From the IMG/VR virus record IMGVR_UViG_3300033512_000218, positions 1 to 64,000 of that record: a stretch of 64,000 nt of DNA. The stretch is one strand, 5' to 3'. Below are positions 31,855 to 42,226 of this stretch, in pieces. The DNA is from a virus. The translations under genes were made by a program, and so were the position numbers. A model generated the notes under the pieces. The model ran no database searches, was not told the origin of the DNA, and worked only from the letters and a program-made list of their open reading frames with translations. The first letter of the stretch is position 1; each line of letters starts with the position of its first letter.

Positions 31855-31934
31855 TTTTAGCTTATTAAATATATCGTATAATAAAACAAAATAAAAATAA
31901 ATTGTATATATTAAACAAAATAAAAATAAATATT

Positions 31935-32468
31935 ATGACTATAAAACAAAAACAATTATTAGAATCTTACATAGAAAAACAAGTAAGAAAATATTTAAAC
32001 GAAAGTGATTCATATGAGGTTAAAAATAAAAATACAAAAAAAATAATGAGCTTTATTAAAGTGGATGATGTTGTTGATTTTATGTATAATAAACATTTTT
32101 CCCAATATGATATATTTAAAATCAAAAATGGTAAAAAAATAAAGATTCCATTTGAAACATCAAATTTAGAAAAATTTGCACTTCAATTAATAAATGAAGT
32201 TACAATACCTCAAAATATTAAAGAATTTGCTAAAAGAAAAGGGGTTGAATCTTTAGTGAAACAAGTTGCATCATGGGTTGAAAAATCGGGTAAACATATA
32301 GTAGGTGGTACTGCAATAGGTAAAAATTATGATACATTAATTTTAGATTTAACTTATCAAGGAGCAGAAATATATATTGATTTGGATACTGAAATAGTTA
32401 AATTATATAGACAAGTAGTGGATAGTGCTAAATCATTTGCTACAGTAATAAAAAGTAAGGAAAAATAA
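31935..32468 (+). CDS. putative virion internal protein with conserved N-terminal leader
   Basis: MTIKQKQLLESYIEKQVRKYLNE shared with 14230..14499; internal LINE. Confidence 0.55.
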   Translation: MTIKQKQLLESYIEKQVRKYLNESDSYEVKNKNTKKIMSFIKVDDVVDFMYNKHFSQYDIFKIKNGKKIKIPFETSNLEKFALQLINEVTIPQNIKEFAKRKGVESLVKQVASWVEKSGKHIVGGTAIGKNYDTLILDLTYQGAEIYIDLDTEIVKLYRQVVDSAKSFATVIKSKEK

Positions 32469-32470
32469 AA

Positions 32471-32498
32471 AAAAATAGGACTTAGTTGTCCTATTTTT
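32471..32498. terminator. intrinsic terminator
   Basis: AAAAATAGGAC-loop-GTCCTATTTTT. Confidence 0.7.
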
Positions 32499-32559
32499 CT
32501 TTTTTACGTATTTATTTTCTTTTTTACGTATTTATTTTCTTTTTTACGTATTTATTTTC
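32495..32559. repeat. 20-bp tandem repeat x3 (TTTTCTTTTTTACGTATTTA)
   Basis: read directly from sequence. Confidence 0.9.
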
Positions 32560-32563
32560 CTTT

Positions 32564-33064
32564 TTATTTATTTATTCGACTTGGTTGAGAATTTTCATTA
32601 TCCTCAAACCCAATATTAATTATTTTAGTTTCTTCATAATTATATTTATTATTTTCTATAAATTGAAAATCTTTGTCCCAACTCCCAACGTTTAAATCAA
32701 CATACCAAGATACATCAAAATAATCAGTTTGGATATCAGACCTATCATAATGACCTTTGTATAATACACTAAATATTTTATCATATATATTTGCATATAA
32801 AAAATCTTTCATAAAATATTGGTTTATTGAAAAATTTGTTATTTTTCTTGTCAATACTTCAAGACGTTCATTATCATTATATTTATCTTTTAATAAACAA
32901 TTTCTATAATCTGTTATTAAATCAATTGGAGCTGATAAAATATCGACAACAATGGTTGAATAATGACGTCTTCTTATTGATAATTTCCAGCCATCTTTTG
33001 AAGGGAATAATTTTTTTATTTCACTTCTCATTTCATTTACTCTTTCAGTACTTATATATGCCAT
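32564..33064 (-). CDS. LPD29-like early protein
   Basis: IKKLFP...KLSIRR...YSTI.V and YDRSDIQTDYFDV. Confidence 0.55.
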   Translation of the reverse strand: MAYISTERVNEMRSEIKKLFPSKDGWKLSIRRRHYSTIVVDILSAPIDLITDYRNCLLKDKYNDNERLEVLTRKITNFSINQYFMKDFLYANIYDKIFSVLYKGHYDRSDIQTDYFDVSWYVDLNVGSWDKDFQFIENNKYNYEETKIINIGFEDNENSQPSRINK

Positions 33065-33089
33065 TTTGTTTAATTTTTAATTGTTAATA

Positions 33090-33155
33090 ATTATAACACA
33101 AAGATAAGCTATTTATTAACAAAATCAAAATTAATTTGTGTTAATAAATGTTAAA
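33090..33155 (-). promoter_or_regulatory. conserved early promoter repeat
   Basis: same consensus. Confidence 0.85.
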
Positions 33156-33169
33156 TGTGTGTTTAACTG

Positions 33170-33430
33170 TTAATCAATTTGATGAATATTATTAGGGATA
33201 ATATTATTATTTTCATTAAAAACCAACCTAAAAGAAAAGGTATGAGTTTTATCATTAATTTTTAAATACATTAATACCTCATTTGGAGGGCTACAAGGAT
33301 GAAAACTAACTTGTTGTTTATCTTTAAAATTTAAAAATAAATGTTTATTTTCAAACACAATATTCAATAAATCATCTTGGTATTGATTTGAAGGTTTATT
33401 ATACCAATAATCATAATATACTTGTTCCAT
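33170..33430 (-). CDS. hypothetical protein
   Basis: 86-aa ORF. Confidence 0.55.
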   Translation of the reverse strand: MEQVYYDYWYNKPSNQYQDDLLNIVFENKHLFLNFKDKQQVSFHPCSPPNEVLMYLKINDKTHTFSFRLVFNENNNIIPNNIHQID

Positions 33431-33435
33431 AATTT

Positions 33436-33954
33436 TTATTTATTTAAATTTTTGCTTTTATTTGTTTTTTTAACATCAAAAATAAAAGTTGGAATATGAT
33501 TATATAAAATTTCATAATTTTTTAATATAATTCCATTATTTATAATTTCCTTACGAGTAATATTCTTTTCTGAATATCCTTTCTTTGATGTTGTTGGTAA
33601 ACAATAAGGATTTTTAAATTTTAAATAATAAATATTGTTATTATAACTAACATAATCTATTTGTTTTAAAAAAATTAATTGTTGTTTTCTACAATCCAAA
33701 TATATCTCAAATAATTTAGGATTAGTTATATCTTCAGGACAAATTAAGTATTTTTCAAATATATAATTTGAGTTGTATTCATAATTAAAATTTGTATGAA
33801 ATGTCAATTCAGTTTTCTTTTCATTAAAAAATAAATTAAATGTTTTCTCATTTATGTTTAAATAATAAGAAAATAAATTAGTATTAAACGTAATACTATA
33901 TTCAATATCATGTCTCTTAATTGATTGTTTTATTTTCGTTAAAAATATTTTCAT
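33436..33954 (-). CDS. hypothetical protein
   Basis: ORF after promoter repeat. Confidence 0.6.
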   Translation of the reverse strand: MKIFLTKIKQSIKRHDIEYSITFNTNLFSYYLNINEKTFNLFFNEKKTELTFHTNFNYEYNSNYIFEKYLICPEDITNPKLFEIYLDCRKQQLIFLKQIDYVSYNNNIYYLKFKNPYCLPTTSKKGYSEKNITRKEIINNGIILKNYEILYNHIPTFIFDVKKTNKSKNLNK

Positions 33955-33976
33955 TTTATTTTAATTTTAATTGTTA

Positions 33977-34042
33977 ATAATAACACAAAGATAAACTATT
34001 TATTAGCAAAATCAAAATTAATTTGTGTTAATAAATATTAAA
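33977..34042 (-). promoter_or_regulatory. conserved early promoter repeat
   Basis: near-identical to the 33090 copy. Confidence 0.8.
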
Positions 34043-34334
34043 TTTGTATTTTTTAAATTTGTGCATAATATATAGTTTTCATATACTATAAATGTCGGAT
34101 TTTGGTAAAAATCTGATACACAATATATTCTATATAATATTATTTTTATATTTTTAGATTTTAATTTATAATAAAACTCTAAAAATTTATACGAACAACA
34201 AGCATCAAATTTTTTTAGTTTTTATTTTACCATTATTATCTTTATAAGTTATACTATATTCAGGATTTTCAATTTTATCCTTTTCCGTTGGAGTTTTAAA
34301 CTCAGATAAATCAATTGCTACCATATATTTTATA

Positions 34335-34400
34335 TTTATAATACAAAGATACAATAAATAAAGTAAAAATACAAATTATTTATTGTTAATAAATGTTAAA
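34335..34400 (-). promoter_or_regulatory. conserved early promoter repeat
   Basis: same consensus, back-to-back with late motif. Confidence 0.8.
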
Positions 34401-34402
34401 TA

Positions 34403-34411
34403 GTATTTATA
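34403..34411 (+). promoter_or_regulatory. putative late promoter GTATTTATA
   Basis: upstream of baseplate/tail-fibre operon. Confidence 0.6.
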
Positions 34412-34420
34412 TAAAAACAA

Positions 34421-34684
34421 ATGAATAGATATTCCGATAATAAAATTATACGTACAGGAAAAAAGAATCATTATAAAGTATCCATATTACCAAATACAAC
34501 TGATAATGTAAATGATATATATATTGTAACAAAAAGAGGAGATAGATTAGATTTATTGGCATATAATTATTATAATGATAAAACAAAATGGTATATAATA
34601 GCAATAGCAAATAATTTAGGTAATGGTAGTATGATATTAGAACCGGGATTAAATATAACTATACCATATAATACTAATATTTAA
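34421..34684 (+). CDS. LysM-domain baseplate protein (gp53/gpX-like)
   Basis: YIVTKRGDRLDLLAYNYY.D..KWYIIAIAN...PG..I.IP. Confidence 0.85.
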   Translation: MNRYSDNKIIRTGKKNHYKVSILPNTTDNVNDIYIVTKRGDRLDLLAYNYYNDKTKWYIIAIANNLGNGSMILEPGLNITIPYNTNI

Positions 34685-34698
34685 AAAATACATAAATA

Positions 34699-37600
34699 AT
34701 GAGTGAATTTTTAAGACCAGATGAAATATTAAATAATGTTTATCAAAATGGAGGAATTAATACATTTCTTCGTCCAGATGAAATATTAAATCTTGTATAT
34801 TCAGAATCAGAAAATGCTTTAGCTGTTAATATAATCGGTGGAGGTGGAACATCTAATTTATCTGTATTTGATACAGTTAGTTCCGCAGAAAGTACCCAAA
34901 CAAATTCATTAATATATGTTAAAGAAACTGATACATTTTATAAATATGAACTAAATGGTTCATCTTATATAGTAAATGATACATCAATTTTAAATACATT
35001 AAATGCTGGAAATACACGTTACATAGGTGTTTCAGGTAAATATACAGAAATATTATCAATTGAACAATTATCAACTAAAGAATTAACAGGTATTCCCACT
35101 CAGGAATTATCTAAATTTACAATAAATTATAATCCTACAAATAGAGTATTAACTTTAACTCGTATATCAGATTATACATTCTTTGTTCAAGGAAAACAAT
35201 TTACAAAAAATTCAACTATTATTATGCCTGCTCATAATAATACAACAGGATTGTATTATTATTATTTTGATACTGACGGAGTACTAAAAATGTCGTTATC
35301 AATGCCAGATGTATTTAATTCAGTTGCTTTTGTAACATATATTTATTATAATGCAGATTTAATTGATGGTTTTGCTGGTGATGAAAGACATGGAGTTATA
35401 ATGGATGGAGATACTCATAAACTATTACATTATACATTTGGAACTCAATATAAAACAGGATTAAATATAGATGGCTATACATTACAATCTGATTCTATTT
35501 TAGATACAGTGTATAATATAGAAGAAGGAACTATTTACGATGAAGATATTCAATTAACAATACCAGAATTAACAACTGATTATACTATATTTTATAAAAA
35601 CGGTATATTAGGAGATTGGTATTGGAATGATGCTCTATCTTTACCGTATTCAATTTCTAATGATAATATTCAATATAATGAATATACAGGAGTAACATGG
35701 CAATTAACAGAATTAAATGAAAATAAATTTTTTAATTCATATGTATGTGCAACTGATATTATTGACACAAGATTTAAAATTGTTATTGTTATAGGACAAT
35801 ATTTATATAATACACAAACCGAAGCAGAATCTCGTAGTTTTGCTGATTTGGATTTAACTAAATTCCCATTCACTGAAACACTTCCTATTTATCAAATAGT
35901 ACATAAATACGATACAACTTATTCAACAACAACAGGTAAAAGTAGATTTGAAACAGTTATACAACTTTTTAATAATAGAAAAATAGTTAATAATAATTGG
36001 TCAATTGACAAAATTAAAAAATATGTTGATAATAAAAGAGACCCAAAAATAATAAATGTAGCTAAAAATGGAGGACAATTTACAATTATTAACGAAGCAT
36101 TAAATTCCATTACAGATAATTCAATGATAAATCCTTATGTAATAAAAGTTGGAACAGGAATTTATATTGAAGATTCTATTATAATGAAAGACTATGTTTC
36201 AATTATAGGTTCTGGAGAACAAATTACTATTATACAAGCATTAAATACTACTCAAACAATATTTACAGGAGCAACAAATTGTGAATTATCATCTATGAAT
36301 ATAACAGGTGCAACTGGTTCTGGTGGAATTTGTATAAAAGTAAATAATTTAGCTTCTACTAATCCATTTAGAATGAGTAATATTTATTTCGGCTCAAATG
36401 AAACTCAATTAAATGTAACATCTACAACTGGAATTACAATATGTACACTGAAAAATAGTTATATTGGAAGTTCTTCTATTTTTACAAATGGATTTAAAGT
36501 AGATTCTATAAATGCTTCACAACCATCATTATTAGTTGTAGAAAACTTTTCATACTTAGATATTATTGCTCCATTTTTAACAACTTCATTATTTAATGCT
36601 GATGGAATAGGTGCTCAATTAGTATTATCAAGTGTTCTAACAAGAAGTTCAGGAAATACAGGAACAGCCATGTTAATTGAAAATGGTGCTTCATTAAGAA
36701 TACTTTCTGGTACATTTAGAGGATTTGCAAATGGAATACATTGTCCTGCTACAGGTACAGGACAAACAATAATAGCAAATGCAATTAATTTAGAATGTTT
36801 TTCAAAAGATGTATTAATAGAAAATGCAAATACAATAGGAAATTTAACGGGTTATACATCATATAATAAAACAAGTATAAACGATAATTGTTCCTTCTTT
36901 ATAATAAATAAAGATTTAAAAGTTATATCTGTTGCTAAAAGAGGAGGTGACTTTACTTCAATTGCTTTGGCATTAAATGCAATAACTGATTCAACTGCAA
37001 CAAATAGATATAAAGTAGATATTGGTCCTGGAATATTTATCGAACCAGAATTAACAATTCCTTCATACGTATCTTTAGTAGGTAGTTCAATAAATACAAC
37101 TGTTATTGAACCTGATACAAATGACCACAATGTTATAAATATGAATGAAATGACAGAAATTTCATTTTTAACTATTGAAAATGCAGGTGTCGGTTATTCA
37201 GCTGTATCATCAATTAATAGTGGTAATTTTACTCAACTACATAAAATATCAATATATAATTCTGATTATGGAGTTTATTTTAAATCCACAACAATTGATT
37301 CTCAATTATATTTAGAATATGTTGATATAAATGGAATTTATTCTGAAGCTATAACTTGTATATCTGAAAATGGATTTGAATCATATATAAATACAGAAAA
37401 TACATACACATTTCCAGACAATTTAAACATTGCATCAAATCAAGTATTAGTGGATGGTACAAATGCTATAATGAGAGTAGGAAATGCTGGTGTTTCAAAT
37501 GTAATTGGTAATGGAGGTATTGGATTTTTAGTTACAAATGGAGCTTCTTTATTTTTAAAAGGTAGTAGTGTATCAAATTGTTCAAAAGGTATTTATTTAG

Positions 37601-40600
37601 ATACTAATGGAATAAATCCATTTATACGAATGACAGGATTAACATTTAATGATAATACTATTAATTTTGATATATCAAATACAACGGCAAGTGGTGAATA
37701 TACAGGATATACAGAATATACTAAAAAATCAATTAATTCATCAAATAGTTTCTTTATAACAAATAAAGATAGTAATATTATTACAGTTGCTAAAAAAGGT
37801 GGAGATTTTGATTCCATAACAAATGCAATAAATTCCATAACAGATGCAACAGATATAAATCAATATATTATATCAATTGGACCCGGTTCTTTTATAGAAG
37901 ATACAATTCAAATGAAAGAATATATATCTTTATCTGGTAGTGGATATGAAACAATTATAGAACCGTCTGATTCAAATAATCATATTATATTAGGGCAAGA
38001 CCATTCACAAATAAGTTATATTACTGTAAACGGATGCACTAATAATTCCGCTATTTATTATTCAGCTAATTTGTCAAGTCCAAATGATTATTTTGTAATT
38101 GAACAATGCCTTTTTGGAAATAATTCGACACAAATAGAAATATACTCTGATGAAAATCCTACAATCATATACGCTAAATCTTGTGAATTAGGGGGCAATT
38201 TCCAATTTGATACATTTGCACATATTCATAATAATCCTACACATAATGCCATTGCATCATTAAGAATGTTTCAATTAGGTTCTCCAGGAGGAGTAGTTGC
38301 ACCTTATCCAAATCCTTTTATTTTATGTGAAGGTATAAATGCTGATTTTAGTGTTAATAGTTGCGGTTTAATAGGCGGAGGTACGGGTAATTGTATTCAA
38401 GTAAGAAATGGGTCACAAATAAGATTAAGTTCTGTTCAAATTATTAATTTTGGTACAGGTATATTATGTGAAAATATTGGAACTGCTCCATTGATAAATG
38501 CGACTGCTGTCACATTTGAAAATTGTATAACGGATATAAATATTGACCATCCTGGAACAAATGGTTCAATAAGTTGTAGTGCTGATAACTCAAAAGTATT
38601 TATTGATGAAAATTCCACAATAGGAATACAATATAATGAAAATTCAAATGATTTAATAGGAACAGTTACTGTTGGAGATATATATCAAGGAACACGACAT
38701 GATAGATTATTAAATTTATCCAAATTAACAACAAATTCATCCACATTGGGATTATATAGTGGAGGAACATTAGATGTGAGTTATTCAGGTATAGATATTA
38801 TTGTTAATGAAGGTGTTGGATTTTTACTTAACCCAACTGATTTTTACATTAAAGAAGTTAATTGGATTACAACAGAATTAGCCATACCAGATAATAATGA
38901 ATCATATATTTATATTGATACAAATTCTGATATACTATATTCATCTTCACTTGTTGATTTAGAGGAATATATTGTTTTAGGGCGTGTGTATAAAAACAAT
39001 TCAAATATTATTTTTATAGAGGAAACTCCAGTTAAAATAAATCATTATTCAAATGAAAATGAAGAATATATTAGAGATATAGTTGGTTCTATTTACAGCT
39101 CGGGTTCAATTGTATCAGAAAATATATCCGATAGAAAATTAGATATTACTTCTGGTTCTTACTATTATGGTACAAATAATTATTTACCTTCGGGAGGAAC
39201 AAATATAACATTTTTACATTTATATCATAATTCAGGAACATGGGATTATGTTTATACTGATACAATAAATAATACTCAATATGATAATGGAACTAATTTA
39301 GTTAATTTAACTGCATCTTATTATTCAAAACACTCATTATATATATCAAGTGAAGGATTAAATGAAAATTATTTTGTTATACATTCACAATTAGAATATG
39401 AAACATTACTTGAAGCACAAAACGGCACAATACCTACAACTCCTACTTGGATAAAAAACGGAATAACATTAATTGCATCAATAATTGTACAACAAGGAAC
39501 AAGTTCAATAATAGAAATTATAGATTTACGTCCTGTTTTTAATGGAAGTGCAAGCTCTTCATCTGAGGCAGTTACAAGTCATAGTGATTTAACAAATTTA
39601 GATTCTGATGATCATTTACAATATTTGTTAGCGACAGGTAGTAGAGTATTATCTGGAAATTTAGATTTAGGGAATAATAATATTACTAATGTAAATTTAG
39701 TCGATGGTATTGATGTAACTTCCCATAAATCAAGACACGATTTTAATGGGAGCGACCCATTGTTATCTGATATAGCATTACCAATTAGTGATTCAACAAA
39801 TTTAGAAGGAGTTAGTAATACAAAAGTTTCAAGATATGACCATGTCCATGCACACGGAAATAGAATAGGTGGAACATTACACGCAGCCGTAACAACTTCT
39901 GTAAATGGATTTATGATTGCTTCTGATAAAGTATTATTAAATAAATTAGCAAATACAAGAATACCAATATCAGATACTAATTATACTATAACATCAGCAA
40001 CGGATGTAACAGTATCGTATGTAACATTAACAGCGAATAGAACTATTACATTACCCGTTGCAACTAATTTAAATCAAACAATTATTATTTTAGATGAATT
40101 AGGAAATTGTTCTGTTGATAAATATTTGAAAATAGTACCAAATGGTTCAGATACTTTAAATGGATTTGTATATTCATTAATTGTAACTTCTTATAGTAGA
40201 GTTAGATTAGTTAGTAATGGTATATCTAATTGGTCATTTACAACAGAAGATATTCAATACTCAACAGGTACAATTAAAAAACCTACATATACAGATAATA
40301 ATAATGGTTCTATTACTATCGGAAATGAAGGTATTTATAATTTACATAAAGATACAACAGGATTAGATAATATATATCCTTATATTGTTAATGGAAATTC
40401 ATTTGTTTTAACTGATTTAACAACAAATTATATTGTTATTAATTATAATTCAGGTACACATGTTATGCAAAAAATAACAGATGTTAGTTTAATAAATGAA
40501 ACTACAATAATACCTATTTATACAATTTATAGAGAAGGTTTAAGATTACATACAATTGATTGGGATAGTTTAGGATTGAGTCTTGTAAATAAAATACATC

Positions 40601-41748
40601 AAAGTATAGTAAAAACACAAAGATACAGATTAGAATATGGATTGGGATTATCAGAAGCATCAACTCGAAAAGTTGTTGTTGAAGATGGAAAGGTTTGGAT
40701 AGGTGCAAATGGGTTTTTATTAGATTCATTTAATTCAAATACAAATGAAATGTTTTTCTTATTTCATTCAAGTAATGTTTGGGATACTCCTTCATTAGAA
40801 ACAGACTATAATAATACCCAATATGATGATGGTACTGATTTAAAAACATTGGATGATGGTAAATATGCAGTAAATTTTATTTATAGAGGTATTGAAGTTG
40901 AAAATGAATGTTATTTTGTTTTAGGACAAGGCAATTATACATTATTAGAAGCTCAAAATAGTATTCCTCCTGCTAATCTTCCTCATATTATTACATCACA
41001 TACAATGTTAATTGGTAGAATTATTGTAAAAAAGGGAGAAAATACAGCGACACAAATAGATAGTATATTTGAAGCGGCTTTTAGATTATCACCAGGTATT
41101 AACCATAATGATACAAGTGGAATTCAAAATGCTCCAAATAGTGTAGTAGGAGAACATTATCATTTATCATCTGCTCAAGCAACTGTTGTAAGTAACACAT
41201 CTAATACAAATACAGGAGATGAAACAGCGGCAAGAATAGGAGCAATAGTAAATGGAGCAACTAATTATACAACTCCATTAGATGCAGATAAGATTGGAAT
41301 TTGGGATACTTTAAATAGTTTATATAAAGCAGTAACTTGGACTAATATAAAAGCAACATTAAAAACTTATTTTGATACTTTATATCGTAAATTAAGTTGG
41401 AATTATAGAGCATCTACAAATGCAAATAATATAACAACTGATAGAGATTTAAGTGATGGAAACATTGCAACAAATATATCTCCTTTTATAATACCAGTAA
41501 CAAGTTCCTTAAAAAGAATATCAGGATTTGCAAATACAACCTCATCAGCCACATCATGGGTGATTGATATTTTAAAAAACGGAACTTCAGTTGTAACATT
41601 GATAGTTACTTCTCCAACTCAAAAAGCAGTATCAACTGATTTAAATGTTAGTTTTTCTGCATTAGATGAGGTAAGAATAAGAGTAACAACGATAACAGGT
41701 GGAAATATTGACAGTCCTTCTGTAGATATTTACTTTTTAGAAAATTAA
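34699..41748 (+). CDS. giant tail fibre/tailspike-like protein with three beta-helix-like modules
   Basis: 2349 aa; three I.VAK.GG.F..I..A.N.ITD...N.Y.I.IG.G.F.E repeats; repeated TQYD.GT.L..L...Y...EAQ modules. Confidence 0.7.
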   Translation: MSEFLRPDEILNNVYQNGGINTFLRPDEILNLVYSESENALAVNIIGGGGTSNLSVFDTVSSAESTQTNSLIYVKETDTFYKYELNGSSYIVNDTSILNTLNAGNTRYIGVSGKYTEILSIEQLSTKELTGIPTQELSKFTINYNPTNRVLTLTRISDYTFFVQGKQFTKNSTIIMPAHNNTTGLYYYYFDTDGVLKMSLSMPDVFNSVAFVTYIYYNADLIDGFAGDERHGVIMDGDTHKLLHYTFGTQYKTGLNIDGYTLQSDSILDTVYNIEEGTIYDEDIQLTIPELTTDYTIFYKNGILGDWYWNDALSLPYSISNDNIQYNEYTGVTWQLTELNENKFFNSYVCATDIIDTRFKIVIVIGQYLYNTQTEAESRSFADLDLTKFPFTETLPIYQIVHKYDTTYSTTTGKSRFETVIQLFNNRKIVNNNWSIDKIKKYVDNKRDPKIINVAKNGGQFTIINEALNSITDNSMINPYVIKVGTGIYIEDSIIMKDYVSIIGSGEQITIIQALNTTQTIFTGATNCELSSMNITGATGSGGICIKVNNLASTNPFRMSNIYFGSNETQLNVTSTTGITICTLKNSYIGSSSIFTNGFKVDSINASQPSLLVVENFSYLDIIAPFLTTSLFNADGIGAQLVLSSVLTRSSGNTGTAMLIENGASLRILSGTFRGFANGIHCPATGTGQTIIANAINLECFSKDVLIENANTIGNLTGYTSYNKTSINDNCSFFIINKDLKVISVAKRGGDFTSIALALNAITDSTATNRYKVDIGPGIFIEPELTIPSYVSLVGSSINTTVIEPDTNDHNVINMNEMTEISFLTIENAGVGYSAVSSINSGNFTQLHKISIYNSDYGVYFKSTTIDSQLYLEYVDINGIYSEAITCISENGFESYINTENTYTFPDNLNIASNQVLVDGTNAIMRVGNAGVSNVIGNGGIGFLVTNGASLFLKGSSVSNCSKGIYLDTNGINPFIRMTGLTFNDNTINFDISNTTASGEYTGYTEYTKKSINSSNSFFITNKDSNIITVAKKGGDFDSITNAINSITDATDINQYIISIGPGSFIEDTIQMKEYISLSGSGYETIIEPSDSNNHIILGQDHSQISYITVNGCTNNSAIYYSANLSSPNDYFVIEQCLFGNNSTQIEIYSDENPTIIYAKSCELGGNFQFDTFAHIHNNPTHNAIASLRMFQLGSPGGVVAPYPNPFILCEGINADFSVNSCGLIGGGTGNCIQVRNGSQIRLSSVQIINFGTGILCENIGTAPLINATAVTFENCITDINIDHPGTNGSISCSADNSKVFIDENSTIGIQYNENSNDLIGTVTVGDIYQGTRHDRLLNLSKLTTNSSTLGLYSGGTLDVSYSGIDIIVNEGVGFLLNPTDFYIKEVNWITTELAIPDNNESYIYIDTNSDILYSSSLVDLEEYIVLGRVYKNNSNIIFIEETPVKINHYSNENEEYIRDIVGSIYSSGSIVSENISDRKLDITSGSYYYGTNNYLPSGGTNITFLHLYHNSGTWDYVYTDTINNTQYDNGTNLVNLTASYYSKHSLYISSEGLNENYFVIHSQLEYETLLEAQNGTIPTTPTWIKNGITLIASIIVQQGTSSIIEIIDLRPVFNGSASSSSEAVTSHSDLTNLDSDDHLQYLLATGSRVLSGNLDLGNNNITNVNLVDGIDVTSHKSRHDFNGSDPLLSDIALPISDSTNLEGVSNTKVSRYDHVHAHGNRIGGTLHAAVTTSVNGFMIASDKVLLNKLANTRIPISDTNYTITSATDVTVSYVTLTANRTITLPVATNLNQTIIILDELGNCSVDKYLKIVPNGSDTLNGFVYSLIVTSYSRVRLVSNGISNWSFTTEDIQYSTGTIKKPTYTDNNNGSITIGNEGIYNLHKDTTGLDNIYPYIVNGNSFVLTDLTTNYIVINYNSGTHVMQKITDVSLINETTIIPIYTIYREGLRLHTIDWDSLGLSLVNKIHQSIVKTQRYRLEYGLGLSEASTRKVVVEDGKVWIGANGFLLDSFNSNTNEMFFLFHSSNVWDTPSLETDYNNTQYDDGTDLKTLDDGKYAVNFIYRGIEVENECYFVLGQGNYTLLEAQNSIPPANLPHIITSHTMLIGRIIVKKGENTATQIDSIFEAAFRLSPGINHNDTSGIQNAPNSVVGEHYHLSSAQATVVSNTSNTNTGDETAARIGAIVNGATNYTTPLDADKIGIWDTLNSLYKAVTWTNIKATLKTYFDTLYRKLSWNYRASTNANNITTDRDLSDGNIATNISPFIIPVTSSLKRISGFANTTSSATSWVIDILKNGTSVVTLIVTSPTQKAVSTDLNVSFSALDEVRIRVTTITGGNIDSPSVDIYFLEN

Positions 41749-41761
41749 ATTATTAAACATT

Positions 41762-42217
41762 ATGAATAAAATTTCATTATCAACCACAGGAATTATTTCA
41801 TCAATCACTATTAATGATTTATATGCATCAATATTCACTCATCCTTCTATAAATTTAATTTTGGTAGAAGAAAATAGTCATAATTATCCTTATACATTAG
41901 ATGAAATAAAAAATAGTGATGATTTACAAACTGCAATAGATAATGGATACATTGTTTTAAAAGATGAAAATGATATAGAAATACCAATAATTAAACAAGT
42001 GGAGATTGAATTATATAATCCAATTATAAATAATTTTACTAATGCAAAACATAATCATAGTAATGATACAACCGGAGGGGTATTAGAGAATGTTACTGTT
42101 CCGATAAAAACAACATTGGAAAGAATATCTATGATTACACATGTAGGATTAATCGTATATGATTCAAATTATAAAAGTATTTTTTCATTTGATGGTGAAT
42201 CATGGATTGAAAATTAA
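41762..42217 (+). CDS. virion protein; N-terminus paralogous to 44024 ORF
   Basis: LSTTG.ISSITINDL.AS.F.HP...YPY..D.IKNS.D.QTA..NGYIVL.DEN. Confidence 0.7.
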   Translation: MNKISLSTTGIISSITINDLYASIFTHPSINLILVEENSHNYPYTLDEIKNSDDLQTAIDNGYIVLKDENDIEIPIIKQVEIELYNPIINNFTNAKHNHSNDTTGGVLENVTVPIKTTLERISMITHVGLIVYDSNYKSIFSFDGESWIEN

Positions 42218-42226
42218 AATAATAAG

